Part shown: positions 39,041 to 48,939 of the stretch, piece after piece
How positions within the stretch are numbered: the first letter of the stretch is position 1
Layout of the letters: each line of letters begins with the position of its first letter
Assembly (NCBI GenBank): GCA_020346465.1
Contig: CP070783.1
Span: 2,189,097 to 2,253,096 of the forward strand
Reading direction: 5' to 3'
DNA: 64,000 bases
Source of the DNA: Deltaproteobacteria bacterium
GTDB taxonomy: Bacteria > Desulfobacterota > Deferrimicrobia > Deferrimicrobiales > Deferrimicrobiaceae
Notes under the pieces: model-generated
Databases searched by the model: none
What the model saw: the letters and a program-made list of their open reading frames with translations, nothing else
What the model was told of the DNA's origin: nothing
Position numbers and translations under genes: made by a program

Positions 39041-40012
39041 ATGATCCTTCAATACCTCGATTTCGAGAGGCCCATCGTCGACCTGGAGAACCGGCTGGAC
39101 CAGCTGCGCCGTCTCGACGACGGAACCGACAAGAACGTCCGCGAGGAAGCGGCGAAGCTGGAGAAGAAGATCGCCAAGATCCGCAAGGAGATCTTCTCCA
39201 ACCTGACCCGGTGGCAGATCACCCAGCTCGCGCGCCACCCGAACCGGCCCTACATGCTCGACTACGTGAACCTCTGCTTCCGGAATTTCCTCGAGATCCA
39301 CGGGGACAGGACGTTTCGCGACGACCCTTCCATCGTTGCCGGCTTCGCGGAGCTCGACGCCGAAAAAGTGGTGATCATCGGCCAGCAGAAGGGGCGGAAC
39401 ACCACCGAGAAGATCAGCCGCAACTTCGGGATGGCGCACCCGGAAGGGTACCGCAAGGCGCTCCGGATCATGAAGCTCGCCGAGAAGTTCCGCATCCCCG
39501 TGATCACGATCATCGACACGCCGGGGGCCTTCCCGGGGATCGGCGCCGAGGAGCGCGGACAGTCGGAGGCGATCGCCCGGAACCTGCTCGAGATGGCGAG
39601 ACTCGAGACCCCGATCGTGGTCATCGTGATCGGCGAGGGGGGAAGCGGCGGGGCCCTGGCGATGGGGATCGGGGACGAGATCCTCATGATGACCTACGCG
39701 ATCTACTCGGTCATCTCCCCCGAGGGGTGCGCCTCCATCCTCTGGAGGGACACGGCGCAGGCGGAAACCGCCGCCGAGATGATGAAGATCACCGCGCCCG
39801 ACCTGAAGAAGTTCGGCGTCGTGGACCGGATCATCCCGGAGCCGGAGGGAGGGGCGCACAGGGACCACAAGGCCGCCGCCGACCTGGTGCGGGCGGCGCT
39901 GCTGGAGGCGCTCGCGTCGGTCCGGTCCCTGCCCATCCGGCAGCTTCTCGACCGCCGGTACGCGAAGTTCCGGGAGATCGGCCGGATCAAGCGAAAGGCG
40001 GGTGGGGGATAA
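39041..40012 (+). CDS. accA: acetyl-CoA carboxylase carboxyltransferase subunit alpha
   Basis: MILQYLDFERPI..., RNFGMAHPEGYRKALR, TPGAFPGIGAEERGQ match AccA throughout. Confidence 0.9.
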   Translation: MILQYLDFERPIVDLENRLDQLRRLDDGTDKNVREEAAKLEKKIAKIRKEIFSNLTRWQITQLARHPNRPYMLDYVNLCFRNFLEIHGDRTFRDDPSIVAGFAELDAEKVVIIGQQKGRNTTEKISRNFGMAHPEGYRKALRIMKLAEKFRIPVITIIDTPGAFPGIGAEERGQSEAIARNLLEMARLETPIVVIVIGEGGSGGALAMGIGDEILMMTYAIYSVISPEGCASILWRDTAQAETAAEMMKITAPDLKKFGVVDRIIPEPEGGAHRDHKAAADLVRAALLEALASVRSLPIRQLLDRRYAKFREIGRIKRKAGGG

Positions 40013-40027
40013 GTGGAGCGGGACCGT

Positions 40028-41086
40028 ATGAAGGAGCTTCGCGAGGAGATCGACGCGCTGGACGACCAGATCCTCGCCCTCCTCAACCGGCGTGCGCAGG
40101 CGGTGATCGAGGTGGGAAAGATCAAGACGGACCAGAACCTCCGGTTCTATGTCCCGGAGCGCGAGGTCGAGATCCTGCGCAGGATCTCCGGGAAAAACCC
40201 CGGCCCCTTCCCCAACGAGGCGCTCCGGTCGATCTACCGGGAGATCATCTCGGCCTCCCTCGCCCTCGAGAAGCCGTTGAGCGTCGCCTTCCTGGGCCCC
40301 CGGGCGACGTTCACCCACATGGCGTGCCTGAAGCACTTCGGGGAGAGCGCCGAATACGTCTCGCAGATCAACGTCTCCGATGTGTTCGACGCGGTGGAGC
40401 GCGGGAACGCGGACTTCGGCGTCGTGCCGATCGAGAATTCGAGCGAGGGGATCGTCAGCAACACGCTCGACATGTTCATCGACCACAACCTTCTCATCAG
40501 CGGGGAGATCCTCATCGAGGTGGCCCACGACCTCCTCTCGGTCACCGGCGACATCGAGCACGTGAAGAAGGTCTACTCCCACCCCCACGCCATCGCCCAG
40601 TGCCGCACGTGGCTCGAGCGGAACCTGCGCGGCGCCGCGGTCTTCGACGTCGAGAGCACCGCCCGCGCCGCGGAGCTGGCGGTCGATGACCCGTCGTCGG
40701 CGGCGATCGCAGGGGAGGCGGCCGCCAAGATCTACGGCCTGAAGAGCATCCGGAAAAGGATCCAGGACAACACGAACAACTTCACCCGCTTCATCATCGT
40801 CGGCAAGATCGCCCCGGAGCGCACGGGGAGCGACAAGACCTCCGTCCTGTTCTCCGCGCGGGACGAGGTGGGGGCGCTCTATCTGATGCTGGAGCCGTTC
40901 TCCCGCCACCGGATCAATCTCACGAAGATCGAATCCCGCCCCGTGAAGAAGAAGGCGTGGGAGTATCTCTTCTTCCTCGACATGGAGGGGCACCTCACGG
41001 ACGATCCGGTGGCGCATGCCCTGGACGAGCTCCGGATGCGGGCCCAGTTCCTCAAAATCCTCGGCTCCTACCCCCGGGCGATCTGA
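40028..41086 (+). CDS. pheA: bifunctional chorismate mutase / prephenate dehydratase (P-protein)
   Basis: Chorismate-mutase N-terminus (MKELREEIDALDDQILALLNRRA), then PDT and ACT domains; the GTG at 40013 is an alternative start. Confidence 0.85.
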   Translation: MKELREEIDALDDQILALLNRRAQAVIEVGKIKTDQNLRFYVPEREVEILRRISGKNPGPFPNEALRSIYREIISASLALEKPLSVAFLGPRATFTHMACLKHFGESAEYVSQINVSDVFDAVERGNADFGVVPIENSSEGIVSNTLDMFIDHNLLISGEILIEVAHDLLSVTGDIEHVKKVYSHPHAIAQCRTWLERNLRGAAVFDVESTARAAELAVDDPSSAAIAGEAAAKIYGLKSIRKRIQDNTNNFTRFIIVGKIAPERTGSDKTSVLFSARDEVGALYLMLEPFSRHRINLTKIESRPVKKKAWEYLFFLDMEGHLTDDPVAHALDELRMRAQFLKILGSYPRAI

Positions 41087-41148
41087 CCACGCAGGAAGGC
41101 GGAAACGGCGATCAAGCGGGCACGCGTCAGGAAAGGAAGGATCGGATC

Positions 41149-42171
41149 ATGATCATCGTGCTGAAGGCGGGCACTGCCGGCCGGGAGATCGCCCAGGTCG
41201 AGGAGAAGATCAAGTCGTACGGGCTCACGGCGCACGTCTCCCGGGGCGTGGAGCGGACGATCATCGGCGCCATCGGGGACGAGCGGAAGATGCAGCCCGA
41301 GGCGTTCGAGGGGATGGAGTGCGTCGAGAAGGTCCTCCGCATCCTCAAGCCCTACAAGATCGTCAGCCGGGACTTCCAGAAGGAGGACACCGTCGTCACG
41401 GTGCGGGGGCAGCGGATCGGCGGCGGGACGGTGGCGCTCTTCGCGGGGCCGTGCTCGGTCGAGGGGCGGGAGATGATGCTCGGGATCGGGGAGAAGGTCG
41501 CCTCGTCCGGGGCGTCGTTCCTTCGCGGGGGCGCCTTCAAGCCGCGCACCTCCCCGTACGCGTTCCAGGGGCTGGGGGAGGAGGGGCTCCGGTGCCTCGC
41601 CGAGGCGCGGGAGGCGACGGGCCTTCCGGTGGCCACCGAGCTCATGGACCCGCGCGACATCGACCTCGTGGGACGGTATGCCGACGTGATCCAGATCGGG
41701 GCGCGGAACATGCAGAACTTCCGGCTCCTCACCGAGGTCGGCCGTCTCGACAAGCCCGTCATCCTCAAGCGGGGGATGAGCGCGACCATCATGGAGTGGC
41801 TGATGTCGGCCGAGTATATCGCATCGGAGGGGAACCGGCAGATCATCCTCTGCGAGCGCGGGGTGCGAACCTTCGAGACGGCTACCCGGAACACCTTCGA
41901 CGTCTCGGCGATTCCCGTCCTGAAGAGCCTCTCCCATCTCCCGGTGATCGCCGACCCCAGCCACGCCACCGGGAAGATGAGCCTGGTCGAGCCTCTCGCC
42001 GCCGCGGCCATCGCCGCGGGTGCGGACGGCGTCATGGTGGAGGTCCACCACGACCCCGAAACGGCCCTGTCGGACGGGCCGCAGTCCCTCCGGCCCGAGG
42101 CGTTCCGGGAAATGGTGGGGCGGCTCAAGGGGATCGCGGTCGCCATGGGGAAGAAGCTGGGGAACGCGTGA
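41149..42171 (+). CDS. aroF: 3-deoxy-7-phosphoheptulonate (DAHP) synthase, type I-beta with N-terminal regulatory domain
   Basis: KDO8PS/DAHPS core (GARNMQNF, ADPSHATG) preceded by a ~70-aa ACT/ferredoxin-like extension; GAAAGGAAGG SD. Confidence 0.85.
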   Translation: MIIVLKAGTAGREIAQVEEKIKSYGLTAHVSRGVERTIIGAIGDERKMQPEAFEGMECVEKVLRILKPYKIVSRDFQKEDTVVTVRGQRIGGGTVALFAGPCSVEGREMMLGIGEKVASSGASFLRGGAFKPRTSPYAFQGLGEEGLRCLAEAREATGLPVATELMDPRDIDLVGRYADVIQIGARNMQNFRLLTEVGRLDKPVILKRGMSATIMEWLMSAEYIASEGNRQIILCERGVRTFETATRNTFDVSAIPVLKSLSHLPVIADPSHATGKMSLVEPLAAAAIAAGADGVMVEVHHDPETALSDGPQSLRPEAFREMVGRLKGIAVAMGKKLGNA

Positions 42172-43010
42172 TCGCGAAGCGTCTCGGCATCGTGGGGCTG
42201 GGCCTCATCGGGGGGTCCCTCGCCCTTTCGCTCCGGGGAAAGAGGGGCGGACCCGAGGTCTGGGGGTGCGACCGGAGCGGGGAATCCGTGCGGCTGGCGC
42301 TTGCGGCCGGTGCCATTGCCCGGGCCTGCACCGTGGCCGAGATCGCGGCGTGCGACATCGTCGTGGTCTGCGTCCCGGTGATCCGCTCGATCGGGCTCAT
42401 CCGGCGCATCGGGAAGAGGATGCGGCCGGGGTCGGTGCTGACGGACGTGGGAAGCGTCAAGACGGAGATCGTGAAAGCGGGGCAGGAGAGCATGGCCAGC
42501 GGCGCGGAGTTCGTCGGCGGCCACCCGATCGCGGGAACGGAAAACTCGGGATACGCCGCAGCCGGACCGTCCCTGTTCCGCGGGAAGACGTCGATCGTCA
42601 CCCCGGCGGGAGGGAACAGCGAGCCGGCCCTGCGCCGCGTCGAGGCGATGTGGAGGAGGACGGGCGCCCGGCCCCTGCGGATGGACCCGGAGACGCACGA
42701 CCACGTGTTCGCCTACGTCTCCCACCTCCCCCACGTCGTGGCCTACGCCCTGGTCCATTCGGTTGCGACCCTCGACTCCCGGGTCCCTCTCGGCTACTCC
42801 GCGGGCGGGTTCCGGGACTTCACGAGGATCGCCTCGAGCAACCCGGAGATGTGGAAGGAGATCGTCCTCCAGAACCGGGCCGAAGTCCTCCGGGCGACCG
42901 CGCACTACCGGAAGAACTTCGCGCAGCTCGAGCGACTCATCCGGCGGGGGGACGGACAGGGGCTTCTGGCCTACTTCCGCCGGTCGAAGCGGACGAGGGA
43001 CCGTCTGTAG
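42168..43010 (+). CDS. tyrA: prephenate dehydrogenase
   Basis: Rossmann IVGLGLIGGSLA and a HPIAG catalytic region; GTG overlaps the aroF stop. Confidence 0.8.
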   Translation: MIAKRLGIVGLGLIGGSLALSLRGKRGGPEVWGCDRSGESVRLALAAGAIARACTVAEIAACDIVVVCVPVIRSIGLIRRIGKRMRPGSVLTDVGSVKTEIVKAGQESMASGAEFVGGHPIAGTENSGYAAAGPSLFRGKTSIVTPAGGNSEPALRRVEAMWRRTGARPLRMDPETHDHVFAYVSHLPHVVAYALVHSVATLDSRVPLGYSAGGFRDFTRIASSNPEMWKEIVLQNRAEVLRATAHYRKNFAQLERLIRRGDGQGLLAYFRRSKRTRDRL

Positions 43011-43011
43011 C

Positions 43012-44289
43012 ATGGGAAGGACGACAAAGGTATCCGGAACCGTCACCGTCCCCGGAGACAAGTCGATCAGCCACCGGGCCGTCATGCTGGCCTCGATGGC
43101 CGAGGGGCAAAGCCGGATCCGCGGGTTCCTCCCCGCGGAGGACACCCTTCGGACGGTGGGGATGATGATCGCGCTGGGAGTCGACCTGCAGGAACGTTCG
43201 CCCACGGAGATCCTCGTCCGGGGAGGCGGGATGCGGGCGTTCGTGGAGCCCCAGGACGTCATCGACGCGGGAAACTCCGGGACTTCCATCCGGATCGGGG
43301 CCGGGATTCTCGCCGCCCAGCCGTTTCTCTCCATCGTGACCGGCGACCCGTATCTCCGCCGCCGGCCGATGGGGCGCATCGTGAACCCGCTCACCCGGAT
43401 GGGCGCGGTGATCACCGGCCGGAGGGAAAACACCCTCCCGCCCCTGTGCATCCGGGGGGGGGACCTGCGGGGGATCCGGTACGAGATGCCCGTGGCGTCC
43501 GCCCAGGTGAAATCGTCGATCCTCCTGGCCGGCCTCTACGCCGATTCCCCCGTGACCGTGGCCGAGCCGCTCCCTTCCAGGGACCACACCGAGAGGATGC
43601 TCCTGTCGATGGGGGCCCGGGTCGTGCGGGAGGGGAATGAGGTCACCGTCCACCCCGCGGAGCGTCTCCGCCCTCTTTCGTTGACCGTCCCGGGCGACAT
43701 CTCGTCGGCCTCGTTCTTCCTGGTCCTGGCCGCCTGTGTCCCCGGATCGACCCTCCACATCCCCTCGGTCGGGGTCAACCCGGGAAGGACCGGGCTGGTT
43801 TCCGTGCTGCGGAGAATGGGCGCGGATGTGCGCTTTGCCTCCCCCCGGGAGGAGGGGGGAGAGCCGGTGGCCGACATCGTGGTCCACGGGCGCGGACTCG
43901 GTGCGGCGGAGGTTCCCCCCGAGGAGGTTCCCTCCCTCATCGACGAGATCCCGGCTCTCTGCGTGGCCGCATCCATGGCGGAGGGGCGCACGGAGATCCG
44001 GGGGGCGACCGAGCTTCGCGTCAAGGAATCCGACCGGATCGGCGCGATGGTCAGGGAGCTTTCCGCGCTCGGCGTGTCGTGCGGCGAGTATCCCGACGGT
44101 CTGTGGGTGCACGGACCGGCCCGGATCACCCCGGGCACGGAAGTCGAAAGCTACGGGGACCACCGGATCGCCATGTCGCTGATGGTCCTCTCCGCGGCGG
44201 CGGGCGTGCCGGTGAAGGTGTCCGACACTGCGTGCATCGCCACGTCGTTCCCCGGGTTCCCCGAAGCGCTGCGCGAGGTCGCCCGGTGA
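43012..44289 (+). CDS. aroA: 3-phosphoshikimate 1-carboxyvinyltransferase (EPSP synthase)
   Basis: VPGDKSISHRAVMLASMAEG, NSGTSIR and the EPSPS fold length. Confidence 0.9.
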   Translation: MGRTTKVSGTVTVPGDKSISHRAVMLASMAEGQSRIRGFLPAEDTLRTVGMMIALGVDLQERSPTEILVRGGGMRAFVEPQDVIDAGNSGTSIRIGAGILAAQPFLSIVTGDPYLRRRPMGRIVNPLTRMGAVITGRRENTLPPLCIRGGDLRGIRYEMPVASAQVKSSILLAGLYADSPVTVAEPLPSRDHTERMLLSMGARVVREGNEVTVHPAERLRPLSLTVPGDISSASFFLVLAACVPGSTLHIPSVGVNPGRTGLVSVLRRMGADVRFASPREEGGEPVADIVVHGRGLGAAEVPPEEVPSLIDEIPALCVAASMAEGRTEIRGATELRVKESDRIGAMVRELSALGVSCGEYPDGLWVHGPARITPGTEVESYGDHRIAMSLMVLSAAAGVPVKVSDTACIATSFPGFPEALREVAR

Positions 44290-44981
44290 GGGAGAGGCCG
44301 ATCGTGGCGATCGACGGCCCCTCCGGGTCGGGGAAGACGACGGTCTCGAAACGTCTGGCGCAGAGGGCCCGCCTCACCCGGCTGGACACGGGGGCAATGT
44401 ACCGTGCCTGCGCCCTCGCGGCCCAATGGGCCGGGATCCCGTGGTCCGACGGGGAGCGGCTCGGCCGGATGTGCGCCGGGCTTGCGATCGGGTTCCGGGG
44501 GGAAGGGGAGGAGATCCGGGTCATCCTCTCCGGGAAGGACGTCAGCGACGCGATCCGGACCCCCGGGATCAGCATGGGGGCGTCGGAGGTCTCGGCCCAC
44601 CCCCCGGTGCGGGAGGCCATGGTGGCCCTCCAGCAAAAGATGGGCGAAGGAGGCGGGGTCGTTCTCGAGGGGCGCGACACGGGGACGGTGGTCTTTCCGG
44701 ACGCCGATGCGAAGTTCTTCCTCGATGCCCACGCGGCGGTCAGGGCCCTGCGTCGGTACCGCGAGTGGGGGGCGGGGGAAGGAAAGACGTATGAGGAGGT
44801 CCTCAAGGAAGTTCTCCGGCGGGACATCCAGGACAGCACGAGGGAGCATTCCCCGCTCCGGATCGCCGAAGGGGCGGTCGTCATCGACTCGACGACCCTG
44901 ACGGTGGATGAGGTGGTCGAGGAGATGCTGCGCGGCATGCCGGAAACGGTCGGAGGGACCGGCGGCGGAGGGAAACCGTGA
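44286..44981 (+). CDS. cmk: cytidylate kinase
   Basis: P-loop IDGPSGSGKTT and the LDTGAMYRA motif; GTGA overlap with aroA. Confidence 0.85.
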   Translation: MRERPIVAIDGPSGSGKTTVSKRLAQRARLTRLDTGAMYRACALAAQWAGIPWSDGERLGRMCAGLAIGFRGEGEEIRVILSGKDVSDAIRTPGISMGASEVSAHPPVREAMVALQQKMGEGGGVVLEGRDTGTVVFPDADAKFFLDAHAAVRALRRYREWGAGEGKTYEEVLKEVLRRDIQDSTREHSPLRIAEGAVVIDSTTLTVDEVVEEMLRGMPETVGGTGGGGKP

Positions 44982-45868
44982 GGCGCATCCTCATGGCCCG
45001 CAGCGCGGGGTTCTGCTTCGGCGTAAAGAGGGCGATCGCCCTCGCCAACGAAACGGCCGAAGGGGGGGGATCCCCTGCCTCCGGGGAGGCCCCGATCTTC
45101 TCCCTCGGGCCTCTGATCCACAACCCCCAGACCGTGGAGGAGCTCGGGAAGAGGGGAGTGACCGTCGTCCAGTCGGTGGACGAGGTCCCGTGCGGAAAGG
45201 TCATCGTCCGGTCCCATGGCATCACGCGGACCGACCACGAGTCCCTTGTCGCGAAGGGGGTGCGCATCGTCGACGCGACGTGCCCCTTCGTGAACAAGGC
45301 CCAGGAGCACGCGAGGTTTTTGAGCGTCGAAGGGTACGCCGTGATCGTGGTGGGCGACGCCAACCACCCGGAAGTAAAAAGCATTGTCAGCTACATCGAG
45401 CCCGGGGTTCCCATTCTGACCTCGCTGCAGGAGATCCGGCGGGCGACCGGGGTGCGGAAGGCGGGAATCGTCGCCCAGACCACCCAGTCGTTCGAGAACC
45501 TGATGCAGTTCGTCGGCGCGGCGCTCCGGAAATTTTCCGAGGTGCGCGTCTTCAACACGATCTGCAACGCCACGATTCTAAGGCAGAAGGAGTCCACGGC
45601 GGTAGCCGGGAAAGCGGACGTCATGATCGTCCTCGGGGGGTACAACAGTGCCAACACGAGGCGGCTCGCGGAGATCTGCAAGGAGATCAACCCCCTGACG
45701 TACCATATCGAGACGGCCGACGAGCTTCCCGTTGACCTGATTGCGGGGGCAGGGTGCATCGGGGTGACCGCGGGGGCATCGACGCCCCAGTGGATCATCG
45801 ACGGCCTGGTGGCGAAGATCCGGGAGACGTGGCGGGGCGAAGAGGTCGGCGTGGCGTATTACAAATGA
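44978..45868 (+). CDS. ispH: 4-hydroxy-3-methylbut-2-enyl diphosphate reductase
   Basis: GFCFGVKRAI, three conserved Cys regions, and the IspH/LytB length. Confidence 0.9.
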   Translation: MRRILMARSAGFCFGVKRAIALANETAEGGGSPASGEAPIFSLGPLIHNPQTVEELGKRGVTVVQSVDEVPCGKVIVRSHGITRTDHESLVAKGVRIVDATCPFVNKAQEHARFLSVEGYAVIVVGDANHPEVKSIVSYIEPGVPILTSLQEIRRATGVRKAGIVAQTTQSFENLMQFVGAALRKFSEVRVFNTICNATILRQKESTAVAGKADVMIVLGGYNSANTRRLAEICKEINPLTYHIETADELPVDLIAGAGCIGVTAGASTPQWIIDGLVAKIRETWRGEEVGVAYYK

Positions 45869-45950
45869 GAAAGCCCCGTTTTTCTGCTAAAGGGTTGCAT
45901 CTTTTACGGAGTATGATATAGGAGCAGAACATACCCAGAGGAGTGAATTG

Positions 45951-47711
45951 ATGGACGACAAACCCGCAAACCAGGATCTTCCGGAGGGGCAGACCGGAGA
46001 AGAGACCGGGGAAAAGGGAGAAGACGCAAGGGCCGAAGACAACTTCGAAAAGATGTTCGCCGAGAGCATCGAGAACCCCGAGGAGGGCGAGATCATCCAC
46101 GGGGAGGTGATCAAGGTCCTCAAGGAGTATGTCGCGGTCAACATCAACCGGAAGTCCGAGGGGATGCTCCCGCTCGCCGATCTGACCGAGGAAGAGAGGC
46201 AGAACCTGTCCGCCGGGGACCCGATCGACGTGATGGTCGAGCGGTACGACTCCTCCCAGGGATTCGTCCTCCTGTCGCGGGAGAAGGTCCTGCGGGTGCG
46301 GATCTGGGACGACCTGCAGAAGGCCCACGAGGAGGGGACCACCGTCCAGGGTACGATCGTGGCGAAGGTAAAGGGGGGGTTCACGGTCGACATCGGCGGG
46401 GTGAAGGCCTTCCTGCCGGGGAGCCAGGTGGACATCCGGCCGGTTCGGGACACCGATGGCGTGATCGGCCTCGAGGGCAGATTCAAGGTATTGAAGCTTT
46501 CCCGCAAGAAGACCAACGTTGTCGTCTCGCGTCGTGCCTCCCTCGAAGAGGAGAGGGAGGTCAAGAGGAAAACGCTGCTCGACAGTATCCGGGAAGGCGA
46601 CGAAGTCGTGGCGAAGGTGAAGAATATCACGGACTACGGCGTCTTCATGGACCTGGGCGGGCTCGACGGTCTGATGCACGTCACCGACATGGGCTACGGC
46701 AAGGTCACCCACCCCTCCCATCTCTGCAAGGTCGGGGACACGATGCGCGTGAAGGTCATCCGGTTCGACCGGGAGAAGGGGCGCATCTCCCTGGGCCTGA
46801 AGCAGATGCGGCAGGACCCCTGGATCGATATCGAAAAGCGGTACACGGTGGGGGCCAAACTCTCGGGGCGCGTCACGAACATCACCCGGTACGGCGCCTT
46901 CATCGAGCTCGAGGAGGGCGTGGAGGGGCTCCTCCACATCTCCGAGATGTCCTGGAGCAAGCGTCTCAAGGACCCTTCCGAGGTGATGAAGCCCGGCGAC
47001 ACCGTCGACGTCGTCGTCCTCAAGCTCGAGAAGGAGAACAAGAAGATCTCCCTCGGGTACAAGCAGCTCCTTGCCAACCCCTGGGATCAGCTCCGGGCGA
47101 CGCACCCGGAGGGCTCGGTGGTCGAGGGAGTGGTGAAGAACGTCACCGACTTCGGCGCATTCGTCGACATCGGCGACGAGATCGACGGTCTGGTTCACAT
47201 CTCCGACCTCACCTGGAACCAGCGGATCAAGCATCCCGGCGAAGTTCTCAAGAAAGGCGACCGGATCCAGGCGAAAGTCCTCAAGATCGATCCGGAGTTG
47301 CACAAGTTCTCGCTCGGGGTCAAGCACCTGTCCCCGGACCCCTGGAGCGGGGTCGAGAGCCGGTTCAAAAAGGGCGACCACGTAACCGGCCGGATCACCC
47401 GGGTGGCCGACTTCGGCGTCTTCGTGGAGGTCGCCGACGGCGTGGAGGGTCTCGTGCACATTTCCGAGCTTTCCCGCGAGAAGGTCGACTCCCCGGCCAC
47501 CCTGTTCAAGGAGGGGGGCGAGGTGGGGGCCGTCGTGCTTTCCGTCGACCGGGGCAGCAAGAAGATTTCGCTCAGCATCCGGGCGTTTCAGGACGGGGCG
47601 GAGCGCAAGGACATGGAATCGTACCTGTCTTCTCCTTCCGACCCGCCGCAGGAGACGACGACCGCTTTCGGAGAGGCTCTGCGGGCCAAGCTGAACATGA
47701 ACGGGGAATGA
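45951..47711 (+). CDS. rpsA: 30S ribosomal protein S1
   Basis: Six S1 repeats; ATG 7 nt after a GAGGAG SD (the ORF-track TTG at 45948 is probably not used). Confidence 0.9.
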   Translation: MDDKPANQDLPEGQTGEETGEKGEDARAEDNFEKMFAESIENPEEGEIIHGEVIKVLKEYVAVNINRKSEGMLPLADLTEEERQNLSAGDPIDVMVERYDSSQGFVLLSREKVLRVRIWDDLQKAHEEGTTVQGTIVAKVKGGFTVDIGGVKAFLPGSQVDIRPVRDTDGVIGLEGRFKVLKLSRKKTNVVVSRRASLEEEREVKRKTLLDSIREGDEVVAKVKNITDYGVFMDLGGLDGLMHVTDMGYGKVTHPSHLCKVGDTMRVKVIRFDREKGRISLGLKQMRQDPWIDIEKRYTVGAKLSGRVTNITRYGAFIELEEGVEGLLHISEMSWSKRLKDPSEVMKPGDTVDVVVLKLEKENKKISLGYKQLLANPWDQLRATHPEGSVVEGVVKNVTDFGAFVDIGDEIDGLVHISDLTWNQRIKHPGEVLKKGDRIQAKVLKIDPELHKFSLGVKHLSPDPWSGVESRFKKGDHVTGRITRVADFGVFVEVADGVEGLVHISELSREKVDSPATLFKEGGEVGAVVLSVDRGSKKISLSIRAFQDGAERKDMESYLSSPSDPPQETTTAFGEALRAKLNMNGE

Positions 47712-47715
47712 TCCC

Positions 47716-48630
47716 GTGGGGCCCGTGAGCGCCGAGAGGTTCTCCTACAACCCGCCGCCGCGCCGTCGCTCCCTCTTTCGCGGATGCCTGATCATGGTCC
47801 TCGTCCTGGCGGGGTTCTTCGTCCTGCTCTGGGGCGTGTCGAGGATGGACTGGTTCTCCTTCGCCCGGGGCGAGAAGGTCGCCGTGCTCCCGATCACCGG
47901 GGTGATCGCCGACTCCGAGGATCCCATCGAGCAGCTGAAGAGGTTTGCGAAAGATGACTCGGTGAAGGCGATCGTGGTGCGGCTCAACACGCCGGGCGGG
48001 GGCGTGGGGCCCTCCCAGGAGATCCACGAGGAGATCCGGAAGATCCGCGGGAAGAAGGTGATCGTGGCGTCCATGGGATCGCTGGCCGCCTCGGGGGGGT
48101 ATTACATCGCCTGCGCCGCCGACAAGATCTACGCCAACCCCGGGACGATCACCGGGTCGATCGGGGTCGTCATGCAGTTCGTGAACGTGAAGGAGCTCAT
48201 CGAGAAGATCGGGGTGAAGGGATTCGTCGTCAAAAGCGGGGATTTCAAGGACATCGGCTCCCCGGTCCGGGAGATGAACCCGCGGGAGAGGGCACTCCTC
48301 CAGAGCGTCATCGACAACGTCCACTCCCAGTTCGTCAACGCCGTGGCGGAGGGCCGCGGCCTGGAGCGGGCGGAGGTGCAGGCGATCGCGGACGGGCGCA
48401 TCTTCTCCGGCGAGCAGGCGAAGGAGCTGGGCCTTGTCGACGTGCTCGGCAACCTGGAGGACGCCGTGGCCGAGGCGGGAAAGATGGCGAAGATCGAGGG
48501 GGAGCCCCGCGTCGTAACCCCGCCGAAAAAAAAGTTTTCCATTCTCGAATTGCTAACGGATGAGGCGAAAAGTATAATCGATGAGAAGTTGTCCCACTCG
48601 CAGCTCCGGCTCGACTATCTGGCCCAATAA
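47716..48630 (+). CDS. sppA: signal peptide peptidase SppA, 36K type (single S49 domain)
   Basis: N-terminal TM segment and the S49 catalytic region (GSLAASGGYYIACAADKIYANPGTITGSIGV). Confidence 0.8.
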   Translation: MGPVSAERFSYNPPPRRRSLFRGCLIMVLVLAGFFVLLWGVSRMDWFSFARGEKVAVLPITGVIADSEDPIEQLKRFAKDDSVKAIVVRLNTPGGGVGPSQEIHEEIRKIRGKKVIVASMGSLAASGGYYIACAADKIYANPGTITGSIGVVMQFVNVKELIEKIGVKGFVVKSGDFKDIGSPVREMNPRERALLQSVIDNVHSQFVNAVAEGRGLERAEVQAIADGRIFSGEQAKELGLVDVLGNLEDAVAEAGKMAKIEGEPRVVTPPKKKFSILELLTDEAKSIIDEKLSHSQLRLDYLAQ

Positions 48631-48651
48631 CATACATGGAGGAGATCGAGA

Positions 48652-48930
48652 ATGACGAAAAGTGATCTCGTGCAAACCCTTTCGGAAAAAATCTCCACCC
48701 TGACCAAGAAAGAGTGCGAGGTCATCGTGGACACGGTCTTCCAGAACATGAGGGCCGCCCTGCACCGGGGGGAGAAGATCGAGATCCGGGGATTCGGCAG
48801 TTTCACCGTCCGGGTCCGCCGGGCGAAGGAGGGCCGCAACCCCAAGACCGGGGAGAAAGTCTCCATTCCGGAAAAGAGGATCCCCTTCTTCAAGGTCGGC
48901 AAGGAACTGCGGGAACTGGTCAACCGCTGA
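48652..48930 (+). CDS. ihfB: integration host factor subunit beta (HU/IHF family)
   Basis: 92-aa HU/IHF fold (RGFGSFTVRVRRAKEGRNPKTGEKVSIPEKRIPFFKVGK); the classic rpsA-ihfB neighbourhood. Confidence 0.8.
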   Translation: MTKSDLVQTLSEKISTLTKKECEVIVDTVFQNMRAALHRGEKIEIRGFGSFTVRVRRAKEGRNPKTGEKVSIPEKRIPFFKVGKELRELVNR

Positions 48931-48939
48931 ACCTTCCCC

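Noticed and set aside
45869-45950. Possible promoter (TTGCAT-N16-TATAGG) and long-range GGGGC/GCCCC pairing before rpsA
   Set aside because: The hexamers and spacing are poor and the putative stem spans about 35 nt. rpsA is more likely transcribed from upstream of ispH; not reported as a feature.
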